Below, piece by piece: positions 46,949 through 54,338 of a stretch of 54,338 nt of DNA. The notes under the pieces are model-generated. The model was not told the origin of the DNA and ran no database searches. It saw nothing but the letters and a program-made list of their open reading frames with translations. The first letter of the stretch is position 1, and every line of letters starts with the position of its first letter. The DNA is from a virus (taxonomy: Duplodnaviria > Caudoviricetes): IMG/VR virus record IMGVR_UViG_3300017963_000063, positions 1-54,338 of that record; one strand, given 5' to 3'. A program made the translations under genes and the position numbers.

Positions 46949-47402
46949 CATGGCGGCAGAACGCTATGCCGACCTTGAAGCCGCCAACGCCGCGCTCCGA
47001 GCTAAGGTGGACCGGCTGACCGCCGAGGCGGCGGCGACAGTGGAGGTGCTGGAGAGGTTATTGTGCGGACTGCCCGCTGAATCCATTGTTGACGAGCATG
47101 CGCGTGAGCGCGTGGATGAAGCGGAGCGTCTGCTAGAATGCGGCGCCCCCTCCCGCGCCGCCGCCCTGCTGGACGCGCTGGAGAAGGGGCGTGCGAGAAA
47201 GAAGGCTGCCGCAGAACTGAAGGCGCATAAAGCGGAAATGCGTCTCGTCAGGGGCGCGTGTGGCGTGTGCGCAAGGCTAGAGCGTCAACACCAGAAGACG
47301 ATAGACGACGAGGACGCCGCCCTCGACAAGTACGACGGACATCAAGGCGTAGCGGCCCACGGTCCAGGCCAAAGCGCCGTGGATTCGGAGTCGGACCGTT
47401 AG
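46917..47402 (+). CDS. coiled-coil hypothetical protein
   Basis: GAGGTG RBS. Confidence 0.55.
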   Translation: MNGRDPQERHDMAAERYADLEAANAALRAKVDRLTAEAAATVEVLERLLCGLPAESIVDEHARERVDEAERLLECGAPSRAAALLDALEKGRARKKAAAELKAHKAEMRLVRGACGVCARLERQHQKTIDDEDAALDKYDGHQGVAAHGPGQSAVDSESDR

Positions 47403-47513
47403 GAAGATGCCAAGGGATGTTGGCCGCGGCGTCCCTGGGTCGGTGTGCCACTCACCCTGTCCGTGGTCGGCTCAGGGACGCCCGGGTATAACTGAAACCG
47501 AAAGGAGACGAGC

Positions 47514-47711
47514 ATGGCGGAAGTCACTATCAAACAGTGCGACGTGTACGGGAGCCCAAAGGCCGACAGCTACCGAGTGACCGTCACCACACGCCAAGGA
47601 GACGGCGAGCCGGACACAGACATCATCAAAAAGGAGGTCGATCTCAGCCCGCGGGCTCTGGCGCGGCTGGAGAAGTTCATCGAGAAAGGCGTAACACCGC
47701 CGCGGTCTTAG
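47514..47711 (+). CDS. small protein resembling the Lsr2 oligomerisation domain
   Basis: AAAGGAG RBS; MA.VT...D..G..A......EVDLS..A.ARL. Confidence 0.5.
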   Translation: MAEVTIKQCDVYGSPKADSYRVTVTTRQGDGEPDTDIIKKEVDLSPRALARLEKFIEKGVTPPRS

Positions 47712-47804
47712 GAGGGCGAGCAGCGACACAACTGCTTGCCGCGTAAGAGGTTACAGAAATCGTAGCCCGGCGGACTCGATATGGTGTATACTGTCCTCGA
47801 ACAA

Positions 47805-47876
47805 AGCGGGGTGGAGCAGCGGCAGCTCGCCGGCCCCATAAGCCGGAGATCGCGGGTTCAAATCCCGCCCCCGCCA
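47805..47876 (+). tRNA. tRNA-Met(CAT), initiator-like, no encoded CCA
   Basis: Full cloverleaf: GAGC/GCTC D-stem, CCGGC-CCCATAA-GCCGG, GCGGG-TTCAAAT-CCCGC. Confidence 0.9.
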
Positions 47877-47905
47877 GTCGGTCAATTGGTCACGGAGGCT
47901 CCAGC

Positions 47906-48112
47906 GTGAGCCGCTTTGAGTATCACATCTGCGTGGCGGTGGTATGGCTGGGCGTTTTCGCCGCTGTGTGGACTTTGGCGGGCTGCCACGTACACCTGCA
48001 CTACCACCCGCCTGCACGGCAAGCCTCCCAGTCCAGCGACAAGCCGCACGACCCCGACACCATGCTGGACTGGGCGATAGGAGATTTGATGGATGAACCT
48101 GATCCGAACTAA
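47906..48112 (+). CDS. small membrane/lipoprotein
   Basis: Hydrophobic N-terminus with LAGC lipobox. Confidence 0.55.
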   Translation: MSRFEYHICVAVVWLGVFAAVWTLAGCHVHLHYHPPARQASQSSDKPHDPDTMLDWAIGDLMDEPDPN

Positions 48113-48263
48113 GACGTTCTGGGTTGGTCTAGTCATCATCGCTACCGGCGTCATTGAAGGCGTATTCGACGGCGACTGGAGCGCGGCGATGGAGAAGATT
48201 CTGGCCGGGCTGTTGGTTATCACCGGCCGGGATGCAATCTCGAAGATAGGAGCAAACGGATGA
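48093..48263 (+). CDS. holin-like protein, 56 aa (not in ORF track)
   Basis: MNLIRTKTFWVGLVIIATG...ILAGLLVITGRDAISK; two TM segments; AGGAG RBS. Confidence 0.6.
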   Translation: MNLIRTKTFWVGLVIIATGVIEGVFDGDWSAAMEKILAGLLVITGRDAISKIGANG

Positions 48264-48346
48264 GTGCATGGTTAATCGGACTGTTTTCTGTGCTACTGGC
48301 AGCCTTCGGCGGCTTTCTAACCGACAACCCGTTTCCGTGGGGGTAG
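48260..48346 (+). CDS. 28-aa membrane peptide
   Basis: AGGAG RBS; MSAWLIGLFSVLLAAFGGFLTDNPFPWG. Confidence 0.5.
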   Translation: MSAWLIGLFSVLLAAFGGFLTDNPFPWG

Positions 48347-48347
48347 G

Positions 48348-48446
48348 ATGTTCGACTTCATCCCAGGTTCGGGCGAACTGATCGGGCCGTGGGTGGGAGC
48401 ACTGCTCGCGGCCGTGGCCGTCATCTTCGGGCGGCTGTTTCGGTAA
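48348..48446 (+). CDS. 32-aa membrane peptide
   Basis: MFDFIPGSGELIGPWVGALLAAVAVIFGRLFR; tiles the gap exactly. Confidence 0.5.
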   Translation: MFDFIPGSGELIGPWVGALLAAVAVIFGRLFR

Positions 48447-48458
48447 AGGAGTGTTCTG

Positions 48459-48893
48459 ATGCGCAAGCGGATTGCATCAGTGGCGTGCCTGTTGGCGATC
48501 CCGAGCTGCCTCGCGTCGGGGTGTGGAGTGCTCCATGCCAGGACCTCAATGGGGGCCGGTGTCTTCGGCTGGCATTTCACCGACACGAAGGACAACGACA
48601 TCTCGTTCGACGAGGCCAGCTACGACCCAGCGACCAAGCAGTTCTCGATCAAGGGTCTGGTCATCCGCAACAACGCCAGCGACCCGATGATAGCCAACGT
48701 CCAGCAAATAATGGCCATCGTCGAACAGCAGAAAGCCGCGAACGAGGGCCTCAAAGTCTTCATGGATGGCATTCAGCCCGCGCTGTCGCTGCTGGGAGGC
48801 TTGCAGGGCATCGCCGCGAGCGAACCGTCCTGCCCTATTGGCGAGGCGTTGGCCCGGCTGACGCAGCCCACTACCGATAGCGGGGGTGGCTAA
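48459..48893 (+). CDS. lipoprotein, possible spanin
   Basis: Signal peptide with LASGC lipobox; AAGGAG RBS. Confidence 0.6.
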   Translation: MRKRIASVACLLAIPSCLASGCGVLHARTSMGAGVFGWHFTDTKDNDISFDEASYDPATKQFSIKGLVIRNNASDPMIANVQQIMAIVEQQKAANEGLKVFMDGIQPALSLLGGLQGIAASEPSCPIGEALARLTQPTTDSGGG

Positions 48894-48895
48894 GA

Positions 48896-49102
48896 ATGAC
48901 CGGCGACCAGGCCCACGCGCTACTCGTGGCCGCAATAGCGGCTGGCCTTCAGCAGCCGGAGCGGTCCCGCCTGCTTGCACCCACAGTAGACGGTCACGGC
49001 CGGTCGCAGTACACGCGTGAGAAGGTCCTGGCCGACGTTGTGGCGGACGCTTTTGACGTGCTGCAACTTGTAAAGGAGCGGGCCGATGCGATTCCCGCCT
49101 GA
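48896..49102 (+). CDS. hypothetical protein
   Basis: Fills the operon gap. Confidence 0.5.
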   Translation: MTGDQAHALLVAAIAAGLQQPERSRLLAPTVDGHGRSQYTREKVLADVVADAFDVLQLVKERADAIPA

Positions 49103-50141
49103 CGCACGACAGCAGTTCGGAGGAGTCCGCGACAAGCACGAGCGAGCCCTGCGCCGGCTGCATGGAGTTGGCAGGTTCGCGGCCATCGGCTACGGCGAGA
49201 AACTTCGCAATGGCAAACAGACCGGGATGCGGGCCATCGTCGTTGGCGTCCCCGTCAAGAAACCTCCCTCCGCGATGGCAACCGGCGACCTCATTCCCAA
49301 GGAGTTAGACGGCCTAAAGGTCGATGTTATCCAGTCCGGCGAGCCGACGGCAATCTTGACGGCACCCAAGGGCCAAGCATCAACCGTGCTCACGCCGGGC
49401 GACTCCATCGGCCACTACAACATAACCGCCGGCACGCTCGGCGGGTTCGTCGCCGACACGTTGGAAGGCGATACGGTCATCCTGTCCAACAACCACGTCC
49501 TGGCGGACCAGAACCACGGCGAGCCGGGCGATCCGATCTACAGCCCCGGCAAGGCTGATGGCGGCACGGCCGCCGACACTGTTGCATACCTGCGGCGGTT
49601 CGTGCCGATGAACCTGACGAGCGGTGGCGGCGGTGGAGGAGGTGGCAACGGCTGCCGCGGCTCGCGGGCATTGGCTGCAATCCACAACGCCCTGTATCGC
49701 CTGTTCGGCAGGACGACACGGCTCACCGTCGAGGCCCAGGCCCTGCCGAACTACGTCGACGCCGCCGTAGCTGAGGTGTTCCCAGATATTGAATGCGTCA
49801 CGGCCATCCCCGAAATCGGCGAGCCCGGCAGCTTCGCCACCGAGGATGATGAGGTGGTGGGAATCGGCAACGCCACCTACGGCAGGACCGAGCCCCGCCA
49901 CAATACGGGCGTGTTCCGAATCATGGGGGCCAGCGTGACGGTCAACTACGGCAGCGACGGGACGGGGTACTTCAGGGACCAGCTAATCAGCACGCCGATC
50001 AGCGAGCCGGGCGACTCGGGCTCACTGGTGATCTTGCAGGATGGGCAGAACACCATAGGGGGCCTGCTGTTCGCCGGGTCCGACGACTCCACGATAGTCA
50101 ACCCGGCGTGGCTCGTGAAGCAGCACATGGGGGTGGCGTGA
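49086..50141 (+). CDS. trypsin-like (S1) serine protease with N-terminal prodomain-like region
   Basis: GTLG, LSNNHV, DAAVA, GDSGS, GLLFAGS catalytic-triad motifs. Confidence 0.9.
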   Translation: MRFPPDARQQFGGVRDKHERALRRLHGVGRFAAIGYGEKLRNGKQTGMRAIVVGVPVKKPPSAMATGDLIPKELDGLKVDVIQSGEPTAILTAPKGQASTVLTPGDSIGHYNITAGTLGGFVADTLEGDTVILSNNHVLADQNHGEPGDPIYSPGKADGGTAADTVAYLRRFVPMNLTSGGGGGGGGNGCRGSRALAAIHNALYRLFGRTTRLTVEAQALPNYVDAAVAEVFPDIECVTAIPEIGEPGSFATEDDEVVGIGNATYGRTEPRHNTGVFRIMGASVTVNYGSDGTGYFRDQLISTPISEPGDSGSLVILQDGQNTIGGLLFAGSDDSTIVNPAWLVKQHMGVA

Positions 50142-50464
50142 TGACGCATGGCGAGAACGCGGTGAAGTGGCAGTCCGGTAAAGCAACGCCCGTTTCCAAT
50201 ATAGAACCGATGCACACCCGGGGCGGGGTTCCCCCCCCTCCGCCTCGCCCCGGGCACCGCTTTGGAGGTCACAAGATGAGCGAAACGCAGCATGTGTGCG
50301 AGACCCGCAACGACGTGCATGGCCGGCAGCCAGTCTGCCTGGTGACGTGCTCGTGCGGGGTGCAAAGCGAGTGGATGCCGTATCCAGAGGGCCACTGCAT
50401 CGACGACGATGGACCGGCCAATCGGTGGATCGAGCGACACCTCCGCAACGTGGGAGCCGCCTGA
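50141..50464 (+). CDS. hypothetical protein (start uncertain)
   Basis: CSCG; operon position. Confidence 0.45.
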   Translation: MTHGENAVKWQSGKATPVSNIEPMHTRGGVPPPPPRPGHRFGGHKMSETQHVCETRNDVHGRQPVCLVTCSCGVQSEWMPYPEGHCIDDDGPANRWIERHLRNVGAA

Positions 50465-50466
50465 CA

Positions 50467-50721
50467 ATGGCCGAGATAGGCAACAGCACTGGGTTGTGGG
50501 GCCTGGAGATCATCGATAAGGGCGGGGACGTCATCAAGATAGTAGAAGCCGAGGGCGTACACCGCGAGGCTATCGAAGCGTGGGAGTCAGCGATGGCGAG
50601 CGGCCAGAATTCCAAGATCATTACCGCCACGGGCATGTTCGATGGGGCAGACCGGGCGAGGCGAGAAGTGCGGATTCCAGCCGAGCAGATACGATCTATG
50701 CTCCTGACGGAGTACACCTGA
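50467..50721 (+). CDS. hypothetical protein
   Basis: GGAG RBS. Confidence 0.55.
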   Translation: MAEIGNSTGLWGLEIIDKGGDVIKIVEAEGVHREAIEAWESAMASGQNSKIITATGMFDGADRARREVRIPAEQIRSMLLTEYT

Positions 50722-50722
50722 C

Positions 50723-51094
50723 ATGGCCAAGCCCATCATCTGCACAGCCCTGCTTGCGACGGGCGCCGGTGTGGCGGGCTGGCAGGTGAGCGATGCGGCA
50801 GCGGCCGTAGCCGTGCTGTCTGCCGTGGTGGCCAGCGTGCTGTGGTTCGGCAGAAACCGCTGGCAGGCCGGAGGCAAAAGCCACGCTATGGCCACGCAAA
50901 TGCAGGTCATGGTCGGCCAGCTCGAAGGGATCGAGAACGCCCAGAAGGACCACGGCGAGAAGTTGACCGAAATCCGGGTCGACGTGGCTGAGATCAAGCG
51001 TGAGTGCTCGACACGAGCGAAGATATGCCCGGCGCTGCAGCCGCGTGGTGGACGGCGCATTGCCGAGGACTTGGCGCCAGGGACGCGAACATGA
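50723..51094 (+). CDS. membrane protein with coiled coil (holin/antiholin-like)
   Basis: TM helices then LTEIRVDVAEIK heptads. Confidence 0.55.
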   Translation: MAKPIICTALLATGAGVAGWQVSDAAAAVAVLSAVVASVLWFGRNRWQAGGKSHAMATQMQVMVGQLEGIENAQKDHGEKLTEIRVDVAEIKRECSTRAKICPALQPRGGRRIAEDLAPGTRT

Positions 51095-51291
51095 TCGTGC
51101 CGCTGGCAGACCGACGCCAGGGCAAGAAGCACAAGCCCGTGCTCCGCGAGAAGGACTGCCTACCGCCGGTCAAGCCGAAGTCGGCCCTGAGCCCGCCGGG
51201 GTTCTCGGCACTCCTTTGGTCGCCAGCGGTCGAGGCCGCCGTCGAACGGATGCTGGGCTGGAAGGCGGCATTTGAGGAGATCGAAACATGA
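51091..51291 (+). CDS. hypothetical protein
   Basis: ATGA overlap. Confidence 0.45.
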   Translation: MIVPLADRRQGKKHKPVLREKDCLPPVKPKSALSPPGFSALLWSPAVEAAVERMLGWKAAFEEIET

Positions 51292-51316
51292 TGCTGGCGG
51301 GCGGTCTAGGCGTCTG

Positions 51317-51333
51317 GGTAGTGGGTCAGTTTC
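51317..51333 (+). mobile_element. IS1-type terminal inverted repeat candidate
   Basis: GGTAGTGGGTCAGTTTC; 13/17 match to the reverse complement of 2401-2417. Confidence 0.45.
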
Positions 51334-51376
51334 GCTGTCCAGCGGGGCTTGAAAGATGGATGGAAAGGAAGGGACC

Positions 51377-51631
51377 ATGGAACCACGGCTACTTCGGTGC
51401 CGGATTTCTAATGGTATGTTCAGTGACGAATACGTGGTGGAGTTTGCATTACCGGATGGCAGGGAGCGGGCCTTTGTTGTAGACGCCTCAAGCGTGGAGC
51501 AAACGGCTGATGGGTTCGTACTCAGGGTCATGGTGCCGATTCCGATGCAGGCCGATCACCCGGTAGCAGTTCTGCCAACAACTAGACGCGATCTTGTGCC
51601 TGTTGACGAAGATGATTTAATAATGGCATGA
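51377..51631 (+). CDS. hypothetical protein, lower GC, probable cargo
   Basis: GGAAGGG RBS; follows the IR candidate. Confidence 0.6.
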   Translation: MEPRLLRCRISNGMFSDEYVVEFALPDGRERAFVVDASSVEQTADGFVLRVMVPIPMQADHPVAVLPTTRRDLVPVDEDDLIMA

Positions 51632-51661
51632 TCCTATGGCCCAGTAGAGGCGAAGTACACT

Positions 51662-51955
51662 GTGAAAACGGTGGAGCTGAACTTGCAGCCTCACGAATAC
51701 GAGGCTGATGACGTGCGGCAAGTGCGCCGCTCGCTGAACGTCAGCCAAGCCGTATTCGCGCAGATCCTGGCCGCGTCGATTGAGACGGTCGAGAGCTGGG
51801 AGCAGGGGCAGCGAAAGCCGAGCCCTATGGCCTGTCGTCTACTGGACCTCATCCAGCGGCATCGGGGGCACTGGGTCAAGGTGCTCTACGATTCTGCGGA
51901 GAAGAAGCAAGAGGAAGAAGCAGCCAACCAGGGGAGGGAGCTAGCGTCCGCGTAG
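51662..51955 (+). CDS. XRE/HigA-like HTH protein, possibly N-truncated
   Basis: VRRSLNVSQAVFAQIL..S.ETV.SWEQGQRKP. Confidence 0.8.
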   Translation: MKTVELNLQPHEYEADDVRQVRRSLNVSQAVFAQILAASIETVESWEQGQRKPSPMACRLLDLIQRHRGHWVKVLYDSAEKKQEEEAANQGRELASA

Positions 51956-51981
51956 AGACAGACTAGCGCACGGTAGGGAAT

Positions 51982-52012
51982 GCCCCGGCAGAGGCTTTGC
52001 CAACGCCGGGGC
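51982..52012. terminator. hairpin between convergent operons
   Basis: GCCCCGGC...GCCGGGGC 8-bp stem. Confidence 0.45.
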
Positions 52013-52630
52013 CTAAAACGCAAACAAGTCCCCAATCTCACCATCATCCCTCAAAACGTGAATGTAAAGCGAGGTTGTACTCAGGTTGGCGTGACCAGCA
52101 GCGTCCCGGACCTCGGCCAGCGTCCGCCCGCCGGCCAGCGCGTGGCTGCAAAACGAGTGCCGGCCCGTGTGGCACGTCACCTCAGATTGGCGGTCAGCCC
52201 CTAGGCACTTGCAGGCCGTGATGAATTTCATCCGGGCCTCATTCCGGTGTAGGCGACCGGCCGTAGCGCCGACCAACGTACAGACAAAGGGATCGTTCCC
52301 ATCCGCCCCCATCCCCGCCCGGTACTCCAGCCACTGACGCAGACATTCCAGCGTCCCGCGGTCCCACCAGAGCGGCACACGGCGGCTCCTCCCGTTCTTG
52401 CCCCGGCGGACCTCCAGGTACGGCCGCTCAAGCCCGAGGTGCGCATCCCGCAGGTCCAGCCCGCAGATTTCGCTCGCCCGGAGGCCGCAGCAGCACGATA
52501 GCCGGAACACCACCTCGCGGACCCAAGCATGGTGCGAGGCGCGACTCTTGACCGAGCAGTCGGCCAGGATGGCTGCGATCTCCTGAGCCTGGAGTATCTG
52601 CGTGGGGCTTATCGGTCGGTTGGGAGACAT
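52013..52630 (-). CDS. minimal tyrosine recombinase (catalytic domain only, 205 aa)
   Basis: GLRASE, GK, HTGRH, GH, Y catalytic residues; no N-terminal core-binding domain. Confidence 0.9.
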   Translation of the reverse strand: MSPNRPISPTQILQAQEIAAILADCSVKSRASHHAWVREVVFRLSCCCGLRASEICGLDLRDAHLGLERPYLEVRRGKNGRSRRVPLWWDRGTLECLRQWLEYRAGMGADGNDPFVCTLVGATAGRLHRNEARMKFITACKCLGADRQSEVTCHTGRHSFCSHALAGGRTLAEVRDAAGHANLSTTSLYIHVLRDDGEIGDLFAF

Positions 52631-52996
52631 CTACACCTCCCGGCGCCCGGCCTTGGCGATGGCGGCGCGAAGTACGCTGTCCACCTCGTTGAAGTCAGCA
52701 CCGTGTTCGGTGCGCTTCCACTTGTCTGTGAGGTCTTGCGCTACCCTGCACGCCGCCAGGAGGTCGTCGTGCGAGTTGACGGCGCGGACGATAAATTCGG
52801 CGTTGGCTGTATTCTCGGCGATGGTGGCCTTGCTTTCTGGTCGATGCGGCCGGGTGTAGTAGCCGCCAGTCATCTTGGCGATAGAACGACTTGCTGCGTC
52901 AACGCCAATATACATCTCCCCGTACAGAATCTCACGGGCGCCAATCTTCCACGGCACTGGCGTATGCCCCGCCTCGCCTTGCGTCGGCTCGCTCAT
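52631..52996 (-). CDS. phage hypothetical protein (HTPxPW...ANA.FIVRAVN family)
   Basis: Recognisable phage motif. Confidence 0.65.
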   Translation of the reverse strand: MSEPTQGEAGHTPVPWKIGAREILYGEMYIGVDAASRSIAKMTGGYYTRPHRPESKATIAENTANAEFIVRAVNSHDDLLAACRVAQDLTDKWKRTEHGADFNEVDSVLRAAIAKAGRREV

Positions 52997-53008
52997 GGTT
53001 CCACCCCT

Positions 53009-53164
53009 TCAATGCCGCAGCGCCCGGAGCGGCTCGCACGGTTCCGCCCGGCGCTCGCGGTACACCTCGAAGTGCTCATCCTGCACGGACTGGAGCAACG
53101 CCCCAGCCACTCCGCAGGCCAGCATCAGCAGGCCCATCAGGATTAGTTCGGCCCAGTCCATCAT
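53009..53164 (-). CDS. 51-aa membrane protein (not in ORF track)
   Basis: MMDWAELILMGLLMLACGVAGALL; overlaps the upstream stop. Confidence 0.5.
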   Translation of the reverse strand: MMDWAELILMGLLMLACGVAGALLQSVQDEHFEVYRERRAEPCEPLRALRH

Positions 53165-53580
53165 TGTTTGGGTCGGTCGACCACGGCGTTAGAGGTCAGT
53201 CGCGGATCGTCGTCGGTGAATCCCTCGGCTTCCAGGCACCGGCGTAGGATGCCGTCCAGAGTGCCCGCGTCTAGGCGTCCGCATTCCCCGTTCAAGAGCC
53301 CGAGAATCCCCTCGGCGATTGCCTGCCAGTGGTCGCCTAACACACCATCATCGCCAACCCGCCCCGAGTACCGCTCCCTATAGTCGGTCGCCCACTTGGC
53401 AAGGCCCACAACCAGGAGAGTAAGACCGTCTTCAGCCGTACAACGGTGCCGGCTGTCTGAGGTGGCAAACAGCAACGCATCGGCCCAAGCCTTTACGTGG
53501 CGTTCGCCCCACCGATTCTCGCGGAATGCCTTTCTGGCCGCTTTCGCCGTTTCCGCTTCAACGATCTGTAATGCGTTCAT
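53161..53580 (-). CDS. hypothetical protein
   Basis: GGAAGGTG RBS; operon position. Confidence 0.6.
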   Translation of the reverse strand: MNALQIVEAETAKAARKAFRENRWGERHVKAWADALLFATSDSRHRCTAEDGLTLLVVGLAKWATDYRERYSGRVGDDGVLGDHWQAIAEGILGLLNGECGRLDAGTLDGILRRCLEAEGFTDDDPRLTSNAVVDRPKQ

Positions 53581-53656
53581 CGTCTCACCTTCCTTTCCAC
53601 CCGGCACAAGCGCCGGCCACGGGGCACGCCGAAACATGCCCGCAGGCCGGGGCTCG

Positions 53657-54325
53657 CTAGTCATCAGCCCGCCGCATCGCCCCGGCTTCGATCTGCTGGA
53701 GCGCTGCCCTCAGATTGTTCTTGCACGATTGCAGCAGCTTGACGTAGGCTTCGATTGGCTGCCCATCTAGGCCGGCCTGCTCTGCAACCGACTTCGCCCG
53801 CTCGGCAAACGGCTTGGAGAGCCCCTGATTCGTCAAGGTGATCTTGAAGCATCGGGACGCGAACGGCCCGCTATCGTGGTCGCCAAACAGGTCAGCATCC
53901 ACCCGGCGCGTCGTGGTGAAGATAACCGCCGTGTGCTTGGGTAGGTCCTCCAGCCACGTCAAGAACAGGTCCACCGCCCCAGCCGTGATTGCATGGGCTT
54001 CGTTGATAATCCACACGCGGAACGGCTTGTCCGGGCACGACGTGGTCAGCCAGGCCGCGCTCATCATCTTGTCAACGTAGGCTTTCGTGACCCGCGCGCC
54101 GTCAACCTCATCGACGAAAAACGGATCGGCCAACTGCTCGGCGATCAGCCACGCCAGCGCGGTCTTGCCTACCCCGGAGTTATTCGCGCCGGCCGCTTCA
54201 ATCCAGAATGCACCACGGTCGAAGCCGGGACGCTCAAGAATCGCTCGGACCATTTTGACAGCCTTGGGCTGGCCGACGTAATCAGCCCAGCAACGCGGCC
54301 GAAACTCGCGGTAAAGCTGCATCAT
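53657..54325 (-). CDS. DnaX/clamp-loader-like AAA+ ATPase domain
   Basis: LYREFRP....YVGQ, GVGKT, IINEAH, SRC finger, NLRAALQ. Confidence 0.8.
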   Translation of the reverse strand: MMQLYREFRPRCWADYVGQPKAVKMVRAILERPGFDRGAFWIEAAGANNSGVGKTALAWLIAEQLADPFFVDEVDGARVTKAYVDKMMSAAWLTTSCPDKPFRVWIINEAHAITAGAVDLFLTWLEDLPKHTAVIFTTTRRVDADLFGDHDSGPFASRCFKITLTNQGLSKPFAERAKSVAEQAGLDGQPIEAYVKLLQSCKNNLRAALQQIEAGAMRRADD

Positions 54326-54338
54326 ACACCCCCTTCTC
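54216..54338 (+). repeat. 123-bp direct terminal repeat, right copy
   Basis: Identical to 1-123. Confidence 0.95.

Noticed and set aside
47832-47843. GGCCCCATAAGC shared between the tRNA anticodon arm and site A
   Set aside because: A 12-bp match is expected by chance in 54 kb, and the tRNA copy lacks the TTA arm.

Overview
This window appears to be a complete, circular, GC-rich dsDNA tailed-phage genome. Bases 1-123 are repeated exactly at 54216-54338, giving about 54,215 unique bp. It is probably podovirus-like, since no tape-measure, tail-tube or sheath gene is evident. Layout: (1) a + strand morphogenesis operon at about 2.5-30 kb with large terminase, portal, scaffold, GroES-like chaperonin, major capsid, adaptor, nozzle, ejection proteins (one with a Hint domain) and a beta-helix spike; (2) a + strand early/middle region at about 30-47.7 kb with two DNA methyltransferases, a nucleotidyltransferase, an SMC-like ATPase, ERF, YqaJ exonuclease, an initiator with iterons, DUF5131, HNHs, RusA and a radical SAM protein; (3) an atypical tRNA-Met followed by a lysis-like membrane cluster containing a trypsin-like protease; (4) a - strand operon across the circle junction with a DnaX-like AAA+ protein and a minimal tyrosine recombinase. 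The strongest novel signal is a set of six Xer/dif-like sites (arm ending [A/G]TAA, 6-bp spacer, arm starting TTA) lying exactly at gene boundaries. Three have an unusual three-arm architecture, and together they appear to delimit gene cassettes. Other notable items are a C5-methyltransferase whose motif IX is encoded in a fully overlapping +1 frame, an interleaved-helix 5' leader RNA, an RNAP alpha-CTD mimic and IS1-type remnants. All calls come from motif recognition by eye; no database searches were run and the host is not determined.
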